This document shows positions 47,792 to 57,110 of a stretch of 64,000 nt of DNA, piece by piece. Source of the DNA: a virus. The number at the start of each line of letters is the position of its first letter. Position 1 is the first letter of the stretch. Below the pieces are notes generated by a model. It searched no databases, was not told the origin of the DNA, and saw only the letters and a program-made list of their open reading frames with translations. The stretch is taken from positions 25,267-89,266 of IMG/VR virus record IMGVR_UViG_3300042863_000147, one strand, 5' to 3'. Both the position numbers and the translations under genes were made by a program.

Positions 47792-48874
47792 TTAACCTTC
47801 CATTGCTTGGATAATGTACTTGCCATACTTATCATGGAATTTGTCAAAGTTCTTCAACTTAGATGCATCGAACGGCAATTGATAGTTAGTCAATGCAACT
47901 TTAGCACCCATAACAACTAACTCAGTTGGGAAATTATCCATCATAAAGCCAAAGAAATTGTCTGCCATTGCATCCCAATCTTTGATCTTCTTGCGGTCAG
48001 CTTCTTGAAGCTCGTAGCACAGGCTAATAGTAAGTGAATACATCGCAGAGATTTCTTTGATATCACACTTCTTAACCTTACCTGCCAGAATGTCTTCTGG
48101 CTTAGGCATTTGTTTTGCCACCTTACGGTGTGCCATAAACTTAACAGCAAGACCTTCACCGACAGCACCTGCAACCAAATCAGTCAAAGTGCTTTCGCTA
48201 ACGTCATCTTCTTCCAACAGCTCGGACACAAAGGACCAGCTACGTGGAGTAGCAAACGAGCGCGAACTAGACTTAGGGTCAAAGTCGTAGAGATCTTGCT
48301 TGGCAAAACCCACATAACCGACAACTTGTTCATGCACCTTGTTAGCAGTCGCCCATTGCATCCAGTCTTCGAAATCACAGCGGAGTTCCAAGTGCAAGAA
48401 ACGGTTAGCTAAAGGACTTGGCATACGATAAGTAACACCCTTATCTGCTTCACGGTTACCTGCGGCAACAATACTAACGCCTTTTGGAAGAATGTAAGTA
48501 CCAACACGGCGGTTCAGCACCAACTGGAAAGCAGCCGCTTGGGTAGCAGGAGCCGCAGAGTTCAGTTCGTCCAAGAACAAGATAGCAGTAGATTCTGGAT
48601 CAGTAGGCAATTCTGCAGGAGGTGCCCAAGTCATTGTGTTAGAGGTTGAGTTGTAATACGGGATACCTTTGATGTCGGTAGGTTCCCAAAGTGACAGACG
48701 CACGTCAATCACTTCACGCTCGGTTTCAGAACCGATCTGTTTAATAATATCGGACTTACCAATACCTGGAGGCCCCCACATGAATACAGGGCGTTGCTTC
48801 TTAAGACATTTACGAATAGCCGATTTAGCTTCGTTGGGGCTAACGGTACGATTGACTGTCATCTCTTTGGACAT
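47792..48874 (-). CDS. MoxR-like AAA+ ATPase
   Basis: GPPGIGKS, LFLDELN, AAGNR, LANRF, TPRSW. Confidence 0.92.
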   Translation of the reverse strand: MSKEMTVNRTVSPNEAKSAIRKCLKKQRPVFMWGPPGIGKSDIIKQIGSETEREVIDVRLSLWEPTDIKGIPYYNSTSNTMTWAPPAELPTDPESTAILFLDELNSAAPATQAAAFQLVLNRRVGTYILPKGVSIVAAGNREADKGVTYRMPSPLANRFLHLELRCDFEDWMQWATANKVHEQVVGYVGFAKQDLYDFDPKSSSRSFATPRSWSFVSELLEEDDVSESTLTDLVAGAVGEGLAVKFMAHRKVAKQMPKPEDILAGKVKKCDIKEISAMYSLTISLCYELQEADRKKIKDWDAMADNFFGFMMDNFPTELVVMGAKVALTNYQLPFDASKLKNFDKFHDKYGKYIIQAMEG

Positions 48875-48925
48875 AGTGCGCTTTCTTTAAAAACTGTTAG
48901 GATACTGTTGTTTTACAGTGTTACT

Positions 48926-48954
48926 ATTGTAGCAAAGATCTACGGTTGTGTCAA
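48926..48954 (-). promoter_or_regulatory. Strong sigma70-like early promoter
   Basis: TTGACA-N17-TACAAT with TG extended -10. Confidence 0.75.
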
Positions 48955-49340
48955 GAGTTTTTCTGTTTTTCTGCGAATCTTTTTTGGGCTCTATGGAATT
49001 TTGCAATGTTGCCGGAAAACAACACTAATTGTACCGCTAATTTTTCTCCAAAGACATGAATTGATCGTTTGGTTATGTAAAATGGGAATTCTATATTTTG
49101 ATCAATCCAAATTGCCAATTGATTAGTGTAGATAATTGGCTCTTCAAATTTAATTTCGTAACATTTAATATCAGCTTTTACTAAACATTCGAACCCTTGA
49201 TCAGTAAGCCTTAATCCACCTTTTTCTTTGTTTCGTGGATTTACCCACCAGGTTGGAATTGTTTGCTTAATTCGTTTTTCGTCAGCAGTTAATCCTAGCG
49301 ATTCTAAAACAACTTTGGTAATTTCATACTTCGGATTCAT
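48951..49340 (-). CDS. Hypothetical protein
   Basis: 129 aa, WW.NPR...GGLRLT..G. Confidence 0.7.
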   Translation of the reverse strand: MNPKYEITKVVLESLGLTADEKRIKQTIPTWWVNPRNKEKGGLRLTDQGFECLVKADIKCYEIKFEEPIIYTNQLAIWIDQNIEFPFYITKRSIHVFGEKLAVQLVLFSGNIAKFHRAQKRFAEKQKNS

Positions 49341-49623
49341 CTACAACTTTTTCGCCTGTGGTTAATTTATAAACGGCAAAGTCTGTGCTATTAAAAAGTT
49401 TGTTTAGTTTTTCTGCCAAGTTAAATGCATGGCCGCTATTTGAAAAACTAACTTTTTTGTATTTAGGACCTAACTGTTGCGCAACTATACTAGATGTTTT
49501 TAGATTAATAGGCTTATCCTGATAAAATACTGCCCATATAGCATCAGACTCTAAAACCTGATCAGTCTTATAAGATTTTTTATTTGTGATTTCTAACAGT
49601 ACTTTAGGTTTTGGTCTGCTCAT
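49324..49623 (-). CDS. Hypothetical protein
   Basis: 99 aa, MSRPKPKVLLE; GGAG RBS; TAAATA at 49651-49656. Confidence 0.75.
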   Translation of the reverse strand: MSRPKPKVLLEITNKKSYKTDQVLESDAIWAVFYQDKPINLKTSSIVAQQLGPKYKKVSFSNSGHAFNLAEKLNKLFNSTDFAVYKLTTGEKVVDESEV

Positions 49624-49665
49624 TTATACGTTCTCCGAAAAGTGCGTATATATTTAGCAGCATAG

Positions 49666-49890
49666 TTAGAATTTTCCGCCGTCTACTTTTATTTCAATCT
49701 TATCAGGAAACTTGGTATCGTTCACTATTTGATCCAAATTCCCTGATAATCTAGTCATTACTACACTAAGACTATCGTGTAAATCAGTTACTTCTTTAAT
49801 AGATAATGTAATTGACTTTTGTCCGCTTTTTCTAGCAACTCTGGCTTTATCTAGAAAATCTTCGATAGGTAATGTATTAAGTTGTTTCAT
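49666..49890 (-). CDS. Hypothetical protein
   Basis: 74 aa, overlapping operon arrangement. Confidence 0.65.
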   Translation of the reverse strand: MKQLNTLPIEDFLDKARVARKSGQKSITLSIKEVTDLHDSLSVVMTRLSGNLDQIVNDTKFPDKIEIKVDGGKF

Positions 49891-50362
49891 TTTTGTTAAT
49901 GCTAGTTAATACAGATTTCATTTCTGCTTCTGTTTTGAACGGGCCTTCGAATGGGTACCGCTCCAATGTTATTAGTTTTGGGCAAAAACTTTTTACCCAA
50001 CCTTTTCTAAATTTGATAACGTAGTACCCGGCACAATATTGGCTTTTACTTTTTGCACTCTTGGCAAAAAGTGGTAATTTTTTCTTAACATTATACACAG
50101 CTTCAAATGGTTTTGCACCGCATGGAAAATCATAAATTCGATGTACTAACGGCTCGACTTTAAATTTGATCGTCTTTTTTTCTTCAAATAAAGCATCCCC
50201 AAATTCTTTAGTAAGATCTTTTAGGTCTTTGAAATTTATTTTATGTCCATGTCTAAAAAATTCGTATCCCTTTTTTATTTTAGCAATGGATCCTATTTTT
50301 TCACCTTGATTTTCAATAATCCATTCTTTATTTGGAATCAATACTTTAGAAACAACATTCAT
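49877..50362 (-). CDS. Hypothetical protein
   Basis: 161 aa, coupled to RNase H stop. Confidence 0.7.
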   Translation of the reverse strand: MNVVSKVLIPNKEWIIENQGEKIGSIAKIKKGYEFFRHGHKINFKDLKDLTKEFGDALFEEKKTIKFKVEPLVHRIYDFPCGAKPFEAVYNVKKKLPLFAKSAKSKSQYCAGYYVIKFRKGWVKSFCPKLITLERYPFEGPFKTEAEMKSVLTSINKNETT

Positions 50363-51351
50363 TATGCGTACCTCGAATTAAGTGGCTCAGCGTAGCTAGT
50401 TACTTGTTCGCTAATCTTTTGTAAATCGTATTCTGCACAGAATTTCAACAGTCTAATACCGACCTGTGAAATATTCTTTGTCTTATGTTCTTCTGAGTTA
50501 ATGCAGTCTAACATAATTTGCTTAATATGATCGGGCTGTGCAGTTAAATCACATAACTGACAATTTCTATTGTAGTCGTCTAATACCCTGTGTTCAACAC
50601 CTTCGTGATCTGTCCATTTTTGCAACATGAGGTTATTCCACGCCCAGCCCTTAGCATTGCGATCGGCAAATGCATCACGCAGACCTACTTTGTTTTTAGT
50701 ACCTTTTTCGCGCACTCCGGGGTATGCACTAAAAATATTATCGCTAGTATCACCTCGCATACATTTCTCAAACAGTAACCATTCTGGCTCCGGTGCGGGC
50801 TTAGGCAAATTAGTTTTCTTATCAATTACACGCTTGCCTTTTTCATCAAAGTAACCTTCGTGCGTAGTTGTAATCTGCATTACACCGTTGTATTGTTTTA
50901 CATTGGGTGCAATAAGTTGTGCGAAGTCTCCGTCTGTGCTAATAATGACGTGAGTGTCATTAGGATGATTTGCAATCCATCCAGCAATGAGATCATCTGC
51001 TTCTAGTTGGGGATGTTGTAGCACTGTAGAGTTTGTTTTGTCGGTAACAAAGTCTTTAAAGTTGTCAAACGTTTCCCAGAATGCTTTATCTTCTTCAGCT
51101 TCACGCGGACTTTGAGCAGCCCGGGCTTCTGTACGCTGACGCTTATAAGGAGCATAAAAGTCCTTTCTCCACGATCGACCTTCTAAAAAGAAGATAACAT
51201 GATCACCTTTAAAGTCACGCCACGCTTTACGAACACTCATAAGAACAGTAGCTAAACTCATACCCACTTTATCTTCTAGACTGCCACGAATTACATGTCG
51301 TGCTCGAAAAAAGGTATTTGCAGTATCGACTAAAATATATGTTTTTGACAT
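50362..51351 (-). CDS. rnh: T4 RNase H-like 5'-3' exonuclease
   Basis: ILVD, SWRKDFY.PYK..R, LEADDLI, IISTDGDFAQL, GDTSDNI. Confidence 0.92.
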   Translation of the reverse strand: MSKTYILVDTANTFFRARHVIRGSLEDKVGMSLATVLMSVRKAWRDFKGDHVIFFLEGRSWRKDFYAPYKRQRTEARAAQSPREAEEDKAFWETFDNFKDFVTDKTNSTVLQHPQLEADDLIAGWIANHPNDTHVIISTDGDFAQLIAPNVKQYNGVMQITTTHEGYFDEKGKRVIDKKTNLPKPAPEPEWLLFEKCMRGDTSDNIFSAYPGVREKGTKNKVGLRDAFADRNAKGWAWNNLMLQKWTDHEGVEHRVLDDYNRNCQLCDLTAQPDHIKQIMLDCINSEEHKTKNISQVGIRLLKFCAEYDLQKISEQVTSYAEPLNSRYA

Positions 51352-51797
51352 TAAGACACTTCGGTTCTTCCACCGCCCAAATTATTTACATTGATATATC
51401 CGGCCCCTCTTTGATTCATATTAACTCCTGAATCAGATCCAACGTTTCTACAAAGTTCGGCAAACCATTGATCAACAACAGCTTCTTCTGTATCTCCTTT
51501 GTATCCGGACTCTCTCAACTGTAACACAAAGTATTCGTTCCAGTCAAGTTCGAAAAAACCATTTCGTATGTTATCTTTATTAACATGGGTATCTAGTACT
51601 GCAACCCAGGGTTCTTTTTTCTCAGTTGCTATTTCTTTTGGTGTTAATTTTGCAAGACGTTCTGCTTCTTTTGTGCGTTCTACTCGCTCAGCTGCTTCTT
51701 TAGCGATTCTTGTAGAATGTTCAGCATCTTCAATTGCACGCCTTGTTTCTTCTTCAATTTTATCAATACCAAATAATTTTTTAATAAACTTGTTCAT
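51351..51797 (-). CDS. Hypothetical protein
   Basis: 148 aa, EPWVAVL, FFELDWN. Confidence 0.75.
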   Translation of the reverse strand: MNKFIKKLFGIDKIEEETRRAIEDAEHSTRIAKEAAERVERTKEAERLAKLTPKEIATEKKEPWVAVLDTHVNKDNIRNGFFELDWNEYFVLQLRESGYKGDTEEAVVDQWFAELCRNVGSDSGVNMNQRGAGYINVNNLGGGRTEVS

Positions 51798-51991
51798 TTA
51801 ATTTGCTCCAAATCTACACCCCTTATTGCTGCCTTTCCGTAGGACACTGCTCTTTTTATTTCTGCAATTGTTGGCGGTTTTGCTCCGGAGTTGAGCCCGG
51901 ATGCATTAATAAGAAATTGCACAGCTCTAGTTAGCAACTTTACTCTAAGTTCAAGAGTTTCAATTCTCTTAGATGTCTGATCATCTGCCAT
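51794..51991 (-). CDS. Hypothetical protein
   Basis: Likely start MADDQ overlapping the queE stop. Confidence 0.55.
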   Translation of the reverse strand: MADDQTSKRIETLELRVKLLTRAVQFLINASGLNSGAKPPTIAEIKRAVSYGKAAIRGVDLEQIK

Positions 51992-52854
51992 CAAGTACCC
52001 CACTCATTTTTAAATAACGGCACTTGCAATCTATCACTGTATCGCAATCCGGCTTTCATTGCCATGTCTGCTACAGTGCGATTGTTTAGTGCATAAACAC
52101 TTTCAACGCCGCCAACTGGCATTAGATAAACATGTCCTTTAAATCCTGACGCCCGATATTCGGCAACAGCACGTTCTGCATCGGCAAAGTCTTCCGGTGT
52201 AGCAATAACAAACTTTAAATATGTGTGTCCTATGTCCTCGTATGCTACAACAACTTCTGGTTTAATAGCATCTTCCCACGGCTCACCTGAGCAAGGTAGT
52301 TTAGCACTTACACTAAATGTTAGAGCGTTGTATCCTCGATCTTTTCTTCCTAGAGACCAGTTCAACAGGTATTGTCTAAACTCTTTTGTCAGACGCATTG
52401 TGCCATTAGTTTCAAAAGTAATTTCTTTGAGATCCTTCATGCAAGGCTGATTTAGGAGATCTGGATAAGCACGTTGCCAACCTAGTAAAGGTTCTCCACC
52501 TGTGATAACAAGGTGTTCATCACGCCATTCTTTAAACGGCAATGTATCGACTACTGCTTTAGCAAGGCCTTCAGTTTCGATCATTGGGCTTAGATCTTTA
52601 AATGCAGGATGCCAACTAGCATAACTGTCACAGCCTGTTCCAACTAAAGGCAGATCTTTGTAATCTTTATACGGAATGTGTTCGTGGATTATTGCAATAG
52701 ATTCTGCTTCCTTGCTTAGTTCGCCACGGGACATGCCAAATCCTTGGCAGGTAAAATTGCAACCGTAGGTGCGTAGAAAAACAGACGGGACGCCCATGTA
52801 GCGTCCTTCACCTTGTATGCTGTAAAACAGCTCTGATACTTTAATTTTGCTCAT
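51991..52854 (-). CDS. queE: QueE-like 7-carboxy-7-deazaguanine synthase (radical SAM)
   Basis: ELFYSIQGEG...PSVFLRTYGCNFTC...CDS, ITGGEPLL, FETNGT, SVSAKL, YLMP, RLQ; start at 52854. Confidence 0.85.
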   Translation of the reverse strand: MSKIKVSELFYSIQGEGRYMGVPSVFLRTYGCNFTCQGFGMSRGELSKEAESIAIIHEHIPYKDYKDLPLVGTGCDSYASWHPAFKDLSPMIETEGLAKAVVDTLPFKEWRDEHLVITGGEPLLGWQRAYPDLLNQPCMKDLKEITFETNGTMRLTKEFRQYLLNWSLGRKDRGYNALTFSVSAKLPCSGEPWEDAIKPEVVVAYEDIGHTYLKFVIATPEDFADAERAVAEYRASGFKGHVYLMPVGGVESVYALNNRTVADMAMKAGLRYSDRLQVPLFKNEWGT

Positions 52855-52881
52855 ATTGTTCCTAGGAAAGATCTTAAATAT

Positions 52882-52909
52882 ATTATACACATGTATTTAG
52901 AATTGTCAA
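52882..52909 (-). promoter_or_regulatory. Sigma70-like promoter for queE
   Basis: TTGACA-N16-TATAAT, with TAAATA nested in the spacer. Confidence 0.6.
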
Positions 52910-52924
52910 CTTAAAAAGGTAAAA

Positions 52925-53788
52925 ATGAATAATTTGAGAACACAAATTATCTGGATGCTCAACGACTACTGTACAGCCGAGTGTTCCTATTGTCCGATAA
53001 AATTTCGTGGTGGAGAATTACCTAGAGGGATATTAGATTATATGTCTGTAACAGGAAAACTTATTGATCATTACGAGTCCATTGGTAGAAAAATTGATTG
53101 GTCATTTAATGGGGGAGAACCACTTGACATGTTTGATTTTCCTATGATGCTAAAGTTATGTAAGGAACGAGGCGGCACAATTGATCTACACACAAATGGA
53201 GGAAAGTTATGGTTAGATTGGTGGGCAATTGAGCCACATGTTGATTCGTTACATTTAACGTACCACTATTGGCAAAATCCTAGTCTTGTACGATTTATTT
53301 TACAGGCATTTACCAAAGCTAACAAGTGTGTAGATATTATGGTTCCTATTAGACCAGATTATTTCGATGACGATTTAAAACGAGCATTGGATATAGAAAC
53401 AGAATTTGGCATAGTAGTTTCTAAAACTGTACTATATCGAGAAGCTGAACAATCATTGGGGATGTACAATTATACTGATCAACAACTAAGAATCATGCGA
53501 GGAGAAGAACTTGTACAGGAAAATGTACATCATCAAGAGACTACATTTGCAGAACGTTTCGAAGAAAAAATTATTGCAAGTCCTTCATTTACTGGAATGA
53601 AATGTAACGTAGGAATTGAAAAATTAGTAATTACTCATCTAGGGTGGGTAAGGGGAAGCAATTGTAATATTGGACAGTTTGGAAATATTTGGGACGGTAG
53701 CTTAGAATATCCAACAAGCCCGCTTACTTGTAATATGCTGGCTTGTATAGATGGTTCCGACCAACAAATTACTAAATTTAGTCAATAA
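52925..53788 (+). CDS. Radical SAM protein with C-terminal Cys (twitch/SPASM-like) cluster
   Basis: CTAECSYC, GGEP, TNG, C-terminal CNVG..C..C...C. Confidence 0.88.
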   Translation: MNNLRTQIIWMLNDYCTAECSYCPIKFRGGELPRGILDYMSVTGKLIDHYESIGRKIDWSFNGGEPLDMFDFPMMLKLCKERGGTIDLHTNGGKLWLDWWAIEPHVDSLHLTYHYWQNPSLVRFILQAFTKANKCVDIMVPIRPDYFDDDLKRALDIETEFGIVVSKTVLYREAEQSLGMYNYTDQQLRIMRGEELVQENVHHQETTFAERFEEKIIASPSFTGMKCNVGIEKLVITHLGWVRGSNCNIGQFGNIWDGSLEYPTSPLTCNMLACIDGSDQQITKFSQ

Positions 53789-54053
53789 AGATATTTGACC
53801 AACGTTTTAGTTTTTCGATCTTAGCAGCCTTTGCAGCTTCTAAGTGTTCTAACAATATTACATTCTTTTCCAGCATGATGTCAATCATTGCCAACATATC
53901 GCCTAATTCTTCTTCGAGGTGTTCTCGATTAGTTTTGGGCTTACCTGGCTTGAAGTTGTCAATGCCAAATCGACTGATCTTACTTACTGCTTGAATTACT
54001 TCTGCACATTCTTCTTGTAGAATGTCCATTACTTCTTTTGTTTTACTATCCAT
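53778..54053 (-). CDS. MazG-like nucleotide pyrophosphohydrolase
   Basis: QEECAEVIQA..K, LEEELGDML. Confidence 0.8.
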   Translation of the reverse strand: MDSKTKEVMDILQEECAEVIQAVSKISRFGIDNFKPGKPKTNREHLEEELGDMLAMIDIMLEKNVILLEHLEAAKAAKIEKLKRWSNIFID

Positions 54054-54507
54054 TATTTGCTCTATCAGTTAGGTATTTGTCGTTGTGGATCCATTTGTTA
54101 TCAACAAGGAATCCCCATTCTCTACGTTGCGGACCAGGCATGAACATTGTCCAGCAGTCTGTTCCGGCTTCAAGCTCGACACGGTGATAGCTATTAGCAC
54201 TGCAAATACGGAAGTGCCCAGGACCACGCCAATGCTGTGTCTCACCGATATTGGCACCTTGTGAATCAAAGTTAGGAGTCCATTCATAATAACCACCTTT
54301 AAGTATTAGAGTAGCGTAAGACCATGGATGATCATGCACATCATCGGGATCTGATTTAAGGAACTTGTGAAGAAACACATTGAAGGGGAAACGCTTTCTA
54401 TCTTTAAGAAACAGGTAGTAGCGTTCGAGATAAGGTTCATCATTTTGTCTGTCCATTACGATTCGTTTGCGGCCTACACGTTCTAGAAAGTTTAGAAACC
54501 ATTTCAC
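54046..54507 (-). CDS. Cupin-fold metalloprotein
   Basis: HDHPW...IL.GGY.E...HRVEL...WGF. Confidence 0.75.
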   Translation of the reverse strand: MKWFLNFLERVGRKRIVMDRQNDEPYLERYYLFLKDRKRFPFNVFLHKFLKSDPDDVHDHPWSYATLILKGGYYEWTPNFDSQGANIGETQHWRGPGHFRICSANSYHRVELEAGTDCWTMFMPGPQRREWGFLVDNKWIHNDKYLTDRANNG

Positions 54508-55580
54508 TTAATCATCTCCAATAGTTTATCTGCACTAAAGAATTGCTCTGTTAGATCCTTTGCCTGCTTGCGAACCTGCGGCAAACGTTTTTCATAATGT
54601 GTCATAGTAACAATAATGTGATGACACAATTCTTGTCTATGTTTCAAATAACTATTCCAGTCTTTGGTCCATTCGCTAGGATACTTAAATCCTTCGTAAT
54701 ACATTTCACTGTACGACAAACGATCCGGTACCATGGGGATAGCATCTACTAATGCACCTTCGTAGCAACTAATGCCCAATGTTTCTTGCAAGTTTGCACT
54801 AAACACAATCTTTGATTGACTCAGTAGAGTATGATATTCTTGTTTTGTTAATCGAGTATCCTGACATACTACAAATTCGTATTGCGGCAGATACTGCTTT
54901 AAATCACGGAATATCTCAACTTGCTTTTCTGGAGCAATACGATGTGGAAACAAGATAAGATCACGTTTAGGCATACCCTTATACATAGTTAATGTATCGT
55001 CCATATACTCCATAGGCCAACCTGTGCGTACAATCTTACCTTGCTCGATCATGGTAATTTTCCACTCATCGTCTACTGTTTCACTAAATGATTCAGCAAA
55101 CAACTCGATGTGAAAATCTGTGGCAAAGTAGTTGTGATCGATAGCATGAAAGAAGCTTTGTTCAGCATGTCTGACCCACGGAGCATCTCCAATAAGACGT
55201 CCTAGAAAGTCTTGAGGATCATAACTACCGGCATGCCATAGTGCATGAATAGTTACAGGAATGCCGAGAAGCCCGGCCATGTATTTGAGATTGATGATAC
55301 CAGGATGCCAAGCATCAGTAGCGATAAAGTGATCACCTGCGCGAATGGTTCCGTCGCAAAATAACCTACTGATCTGCTGAACCTGTGCTGACTTATAAAT
55401 GTTGGTACCACCAAAATTAAGGAAAGCACCAGGAGTAGTGGCATCAGGAATATCTTTAGGCCCAGAAATAACTTGAACATTGTGTCCTGCCTTTTTGAGT
55501 AGTTGAGGAACGTGTGATTTCCACTCGCCTGTGTAGCGAGTGGAAACAGCCTCTAAATCAATTAGAAAAACGTTCGCCAT
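54504..55580 (-). CDS. GT-B glycosyltransferase
   Basis: LFPHRIAPEKQ, QETLGISCYEG, PDRLSYSE; start MANVFLID at 55580. Confidence 0.8.
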   Translation of the reverse strand: MANVFLIDLEAVSTRYTGEWKSHVPQLLKKAGHNVQVISGPKDIPDATTPGAFLNFGGTNIYKSAQVQQISRLFCDGTIRAGDHFIATDAWHPGIINLKYMAGLLGIPVTIHALWHAGSYDPQDFLGRLIGDAPWVRHAEQSFFHAIDHNYFATDFHIELFAESFSETVDDEWKITMIEQGKIVRTGWPMEYMDDTLTMYKGMPKRDLILFPHRIAPEKQVEIFRDLKQYLPQYEFVVCQDTRLTKQEYHTLLSQSKIVFSANLQETLGISCYEGALVDAIPMVPDRLSYSEMYYEGFKYPSEWTKDWNSYLKHRQELCHHIIVTMTHYEKRLPQVRKQAKDLTEQFFSADKLLEMIK

Positions 55581-55800
55581 TGTTTCGATTTTCGTAACGT
55601 GGGTTTTTTCCCTTGTATCCTTCACGTGGCTTTCCACGATTTGCGAAGTATCGGTACTCTTGAGTACGATACAGGTCCGCAGGGTTAAACTCTAAAAGAT
55701 TGAAGCGGCAGTGATCGAGCCACGCTTCCAAATCGTCGAAGATTTTAGAAACTTCCGGTTTCATGAAAAGAGTTTTTTGAATGTATTTTGGCTGTGCCAT
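55558..55800 (-). CDS. Hypothetical protein
   Basis: 80 aa, IFDDLEAWLDHCRF. Confidence 0.65.
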   Translation of the reverse strand: MAQPKYIQKTLFMKPEVSKIFDDLEAWLDHCRFNLLEFNPADLYRTQEYRYFANRGKPREGYKGKNPRYENRNNGERFSN

Positions 55801-55815
55801 TTTTGATTTACCTAA

Positions 55816-56202
55816 TTATAGGGTTGATGGAAATTTAATGAAGCAGCCATTCTCGCCGTCTTCACTTACGTCGATCCAGATCTCACGACCTGGATATCTT
55901 GCCGAAATGGTTCCGTGGAGATCACGGCTTATCATTTCGCAGGATTTGTGGTTGAGTTCGAGTGTGCCATCTGCGTAGCAATGCTCTAACCAACGCTTAA
56001 ACTGAATAAACTCAATATCACGATCATCGTGAAATACTTGAATATAGACTTTAAAATGGAAAATGTGACGGTGTGGAGTACCAAGGAAACTAACGTCATA
56101 CATGTCACCTGTAGCAAGTTTAGGATCTGTAGCCGCAGCCGGATACATATGAACACCTTCTTTACGAAAGGTTACCCAGATCATATTTAATTCGTTATTC
56201 AT
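55816..56202 (-). CDS. QueD-like T-fold protein with LxxxHRHxF motif (DpdL-like)
   Basis: H near N-terminus, LGTPHRHIF, IEF...K, SCE, VSEDGENG; lacks QueD CxxxHGH. Confidence 0.75.
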   Translation of the reverse strand: MNNELNMIWVTFRKEGVHMYPAAATDPKLATGDMYDVSFLGTPHRHIFHFKVYIQVFHDDRDIEFIQFKRWLEHCYADGTLELNHKSCEMISRDLHGTISARYPGREIWIDVSEDGENGCFIKFPSTL

Positions 56203-56372
56203 TCTTCTGCCTTAGGTTTTGCTGTTTTCTTTGCAGTTGGTTTTTCGGGCAAGTTGTCTTTCATCATATTATAGATTTCCCACAACTTCCAGTCAATGCT
56301 TTCGAGCAACTTGAATAACTTTTCTTCTGAACTCTGTTGATTTGCTTGTTTTGTAATTTTAGAATTGATCAT
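56199..56372 (-). CDS. Small protein (57 aa) absent from ORF track
   Basis: MINSKITKQ...LLESIDWKLWEIYNMMK...KPKAEE; overlaps both neighbours by 4 nt. Confidence 0.6.
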   Translation of the reverse strand: MINSKITKQANQQSSEEKLFKLLESIDWKLWEIYNMMKDNLPEKPTAKKTAKPKAEE

Positions 56373-56881
56373 TTAATCACCGTGTCGTTTTTATATTGGT
56401 TCCAGTCTGTAAAGTTTTTACGATCCATTAGTGCGTGTAGACTGTGCGACCACACACCGGGATTAGTTGCTTTAAAATCTTTGTCGTCGATTTTAATCAT
56501 CGTATTATAGTTCCAAAGGCGAACATATGGAATTGGGACTCTTATCTGTGGAATAAAATTATCGTACTCGTTCAGTCCGCCTTCGTTGAATTCTTCAACT
56601 TCTTCCATAGGGATATCAAGACTGCAAAGATAGCCTTTGTCTAGGAAGAACATGATCATGTCTTCCCATTGTTTCCAAAGACTGCCTGCGCCGGGCTTGT
56701 AACTGTGATTTGCACCGAAGAAAATGTGCTCGCAACCTTGCAAGTTTAATGCGATATGTTCGACTGGTTGTAGTCCTGTAACAAACAGTGTTTTCATACC
56801 GTATGCAGGAGTATGCTCAACTTCAACACCAGTGAAGAAAATTACATCATCACTGACGCCTGTATCGTAATCACGCTTCAT
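56369..56881 (-). CDS. Hypothetical protein in modification cluster
   Basis: Start MKRDYDTG at 56881; FFTGVEVEHTPAYG, FFGANHS, KIDDKDF.ATNPGVW. Confidence 0.75.
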   Translation of the reverse strand: MKRDYDTGVSDDVIFFTGVEVEHTPAYGMKTLFVTGLQPVEHIALNLQGCEHIFFGANHSYKPGAGSLWKQWEDMIMFFLDKGYLCSLDIPMEEVEEFNEGGLNEYDNFIPQIRVPIPYVRLWNYNTMIKIDDKDFKATNPGVWSHSLHALMDRKNFTDWNQYKNDTVIK

Positions 56882-57107
56882 CTTTTTTCTTACGTTTAGT
56901 TTTAGTAGTAGTAACTTTAACAGAATTTTCATACTCTGTCAATGCCTTTTGGACATCTTCGAGCAATGCTGCATCGTCCCAAACTAATTCGGTTTTTCCA
57001 TCTTCAAATGTTTTAACAATTAAATGACTTCCTTGTTGTATTTTGGGCCAACCTCCACTTTCTACATTTGGAGATAATTCTTCAGTTTTCTTTTTACGTG
57101 TTGCCAT
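56871..57107 (-). CDS. Hypothetical protein
   Basis: 78 aa, AAGGAG RBS. Confidence 0.6.
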   Translation of the reverse strand: MATRKKKTEELSPNVESGGWPKIQQGSHLIVKTFEDGKTELVWDDAALLEDVQKALTEYENSVKVTTTKTKRKKKDEA

Positions 57108-57110
57108 TTC

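Noticed and set aside
46503-48890. Several long antisense ORFs here and opposite the polymerase
   Set aside because: Shadow ORFs of strongly biased genes; no motifs or RBS
51991-52854. NrdG activase
   Set aside because: SIQGEG/FLRT and C-terminal RLQ motifs plus deazaguanine neighbours favour QueE; no nrdD nearby
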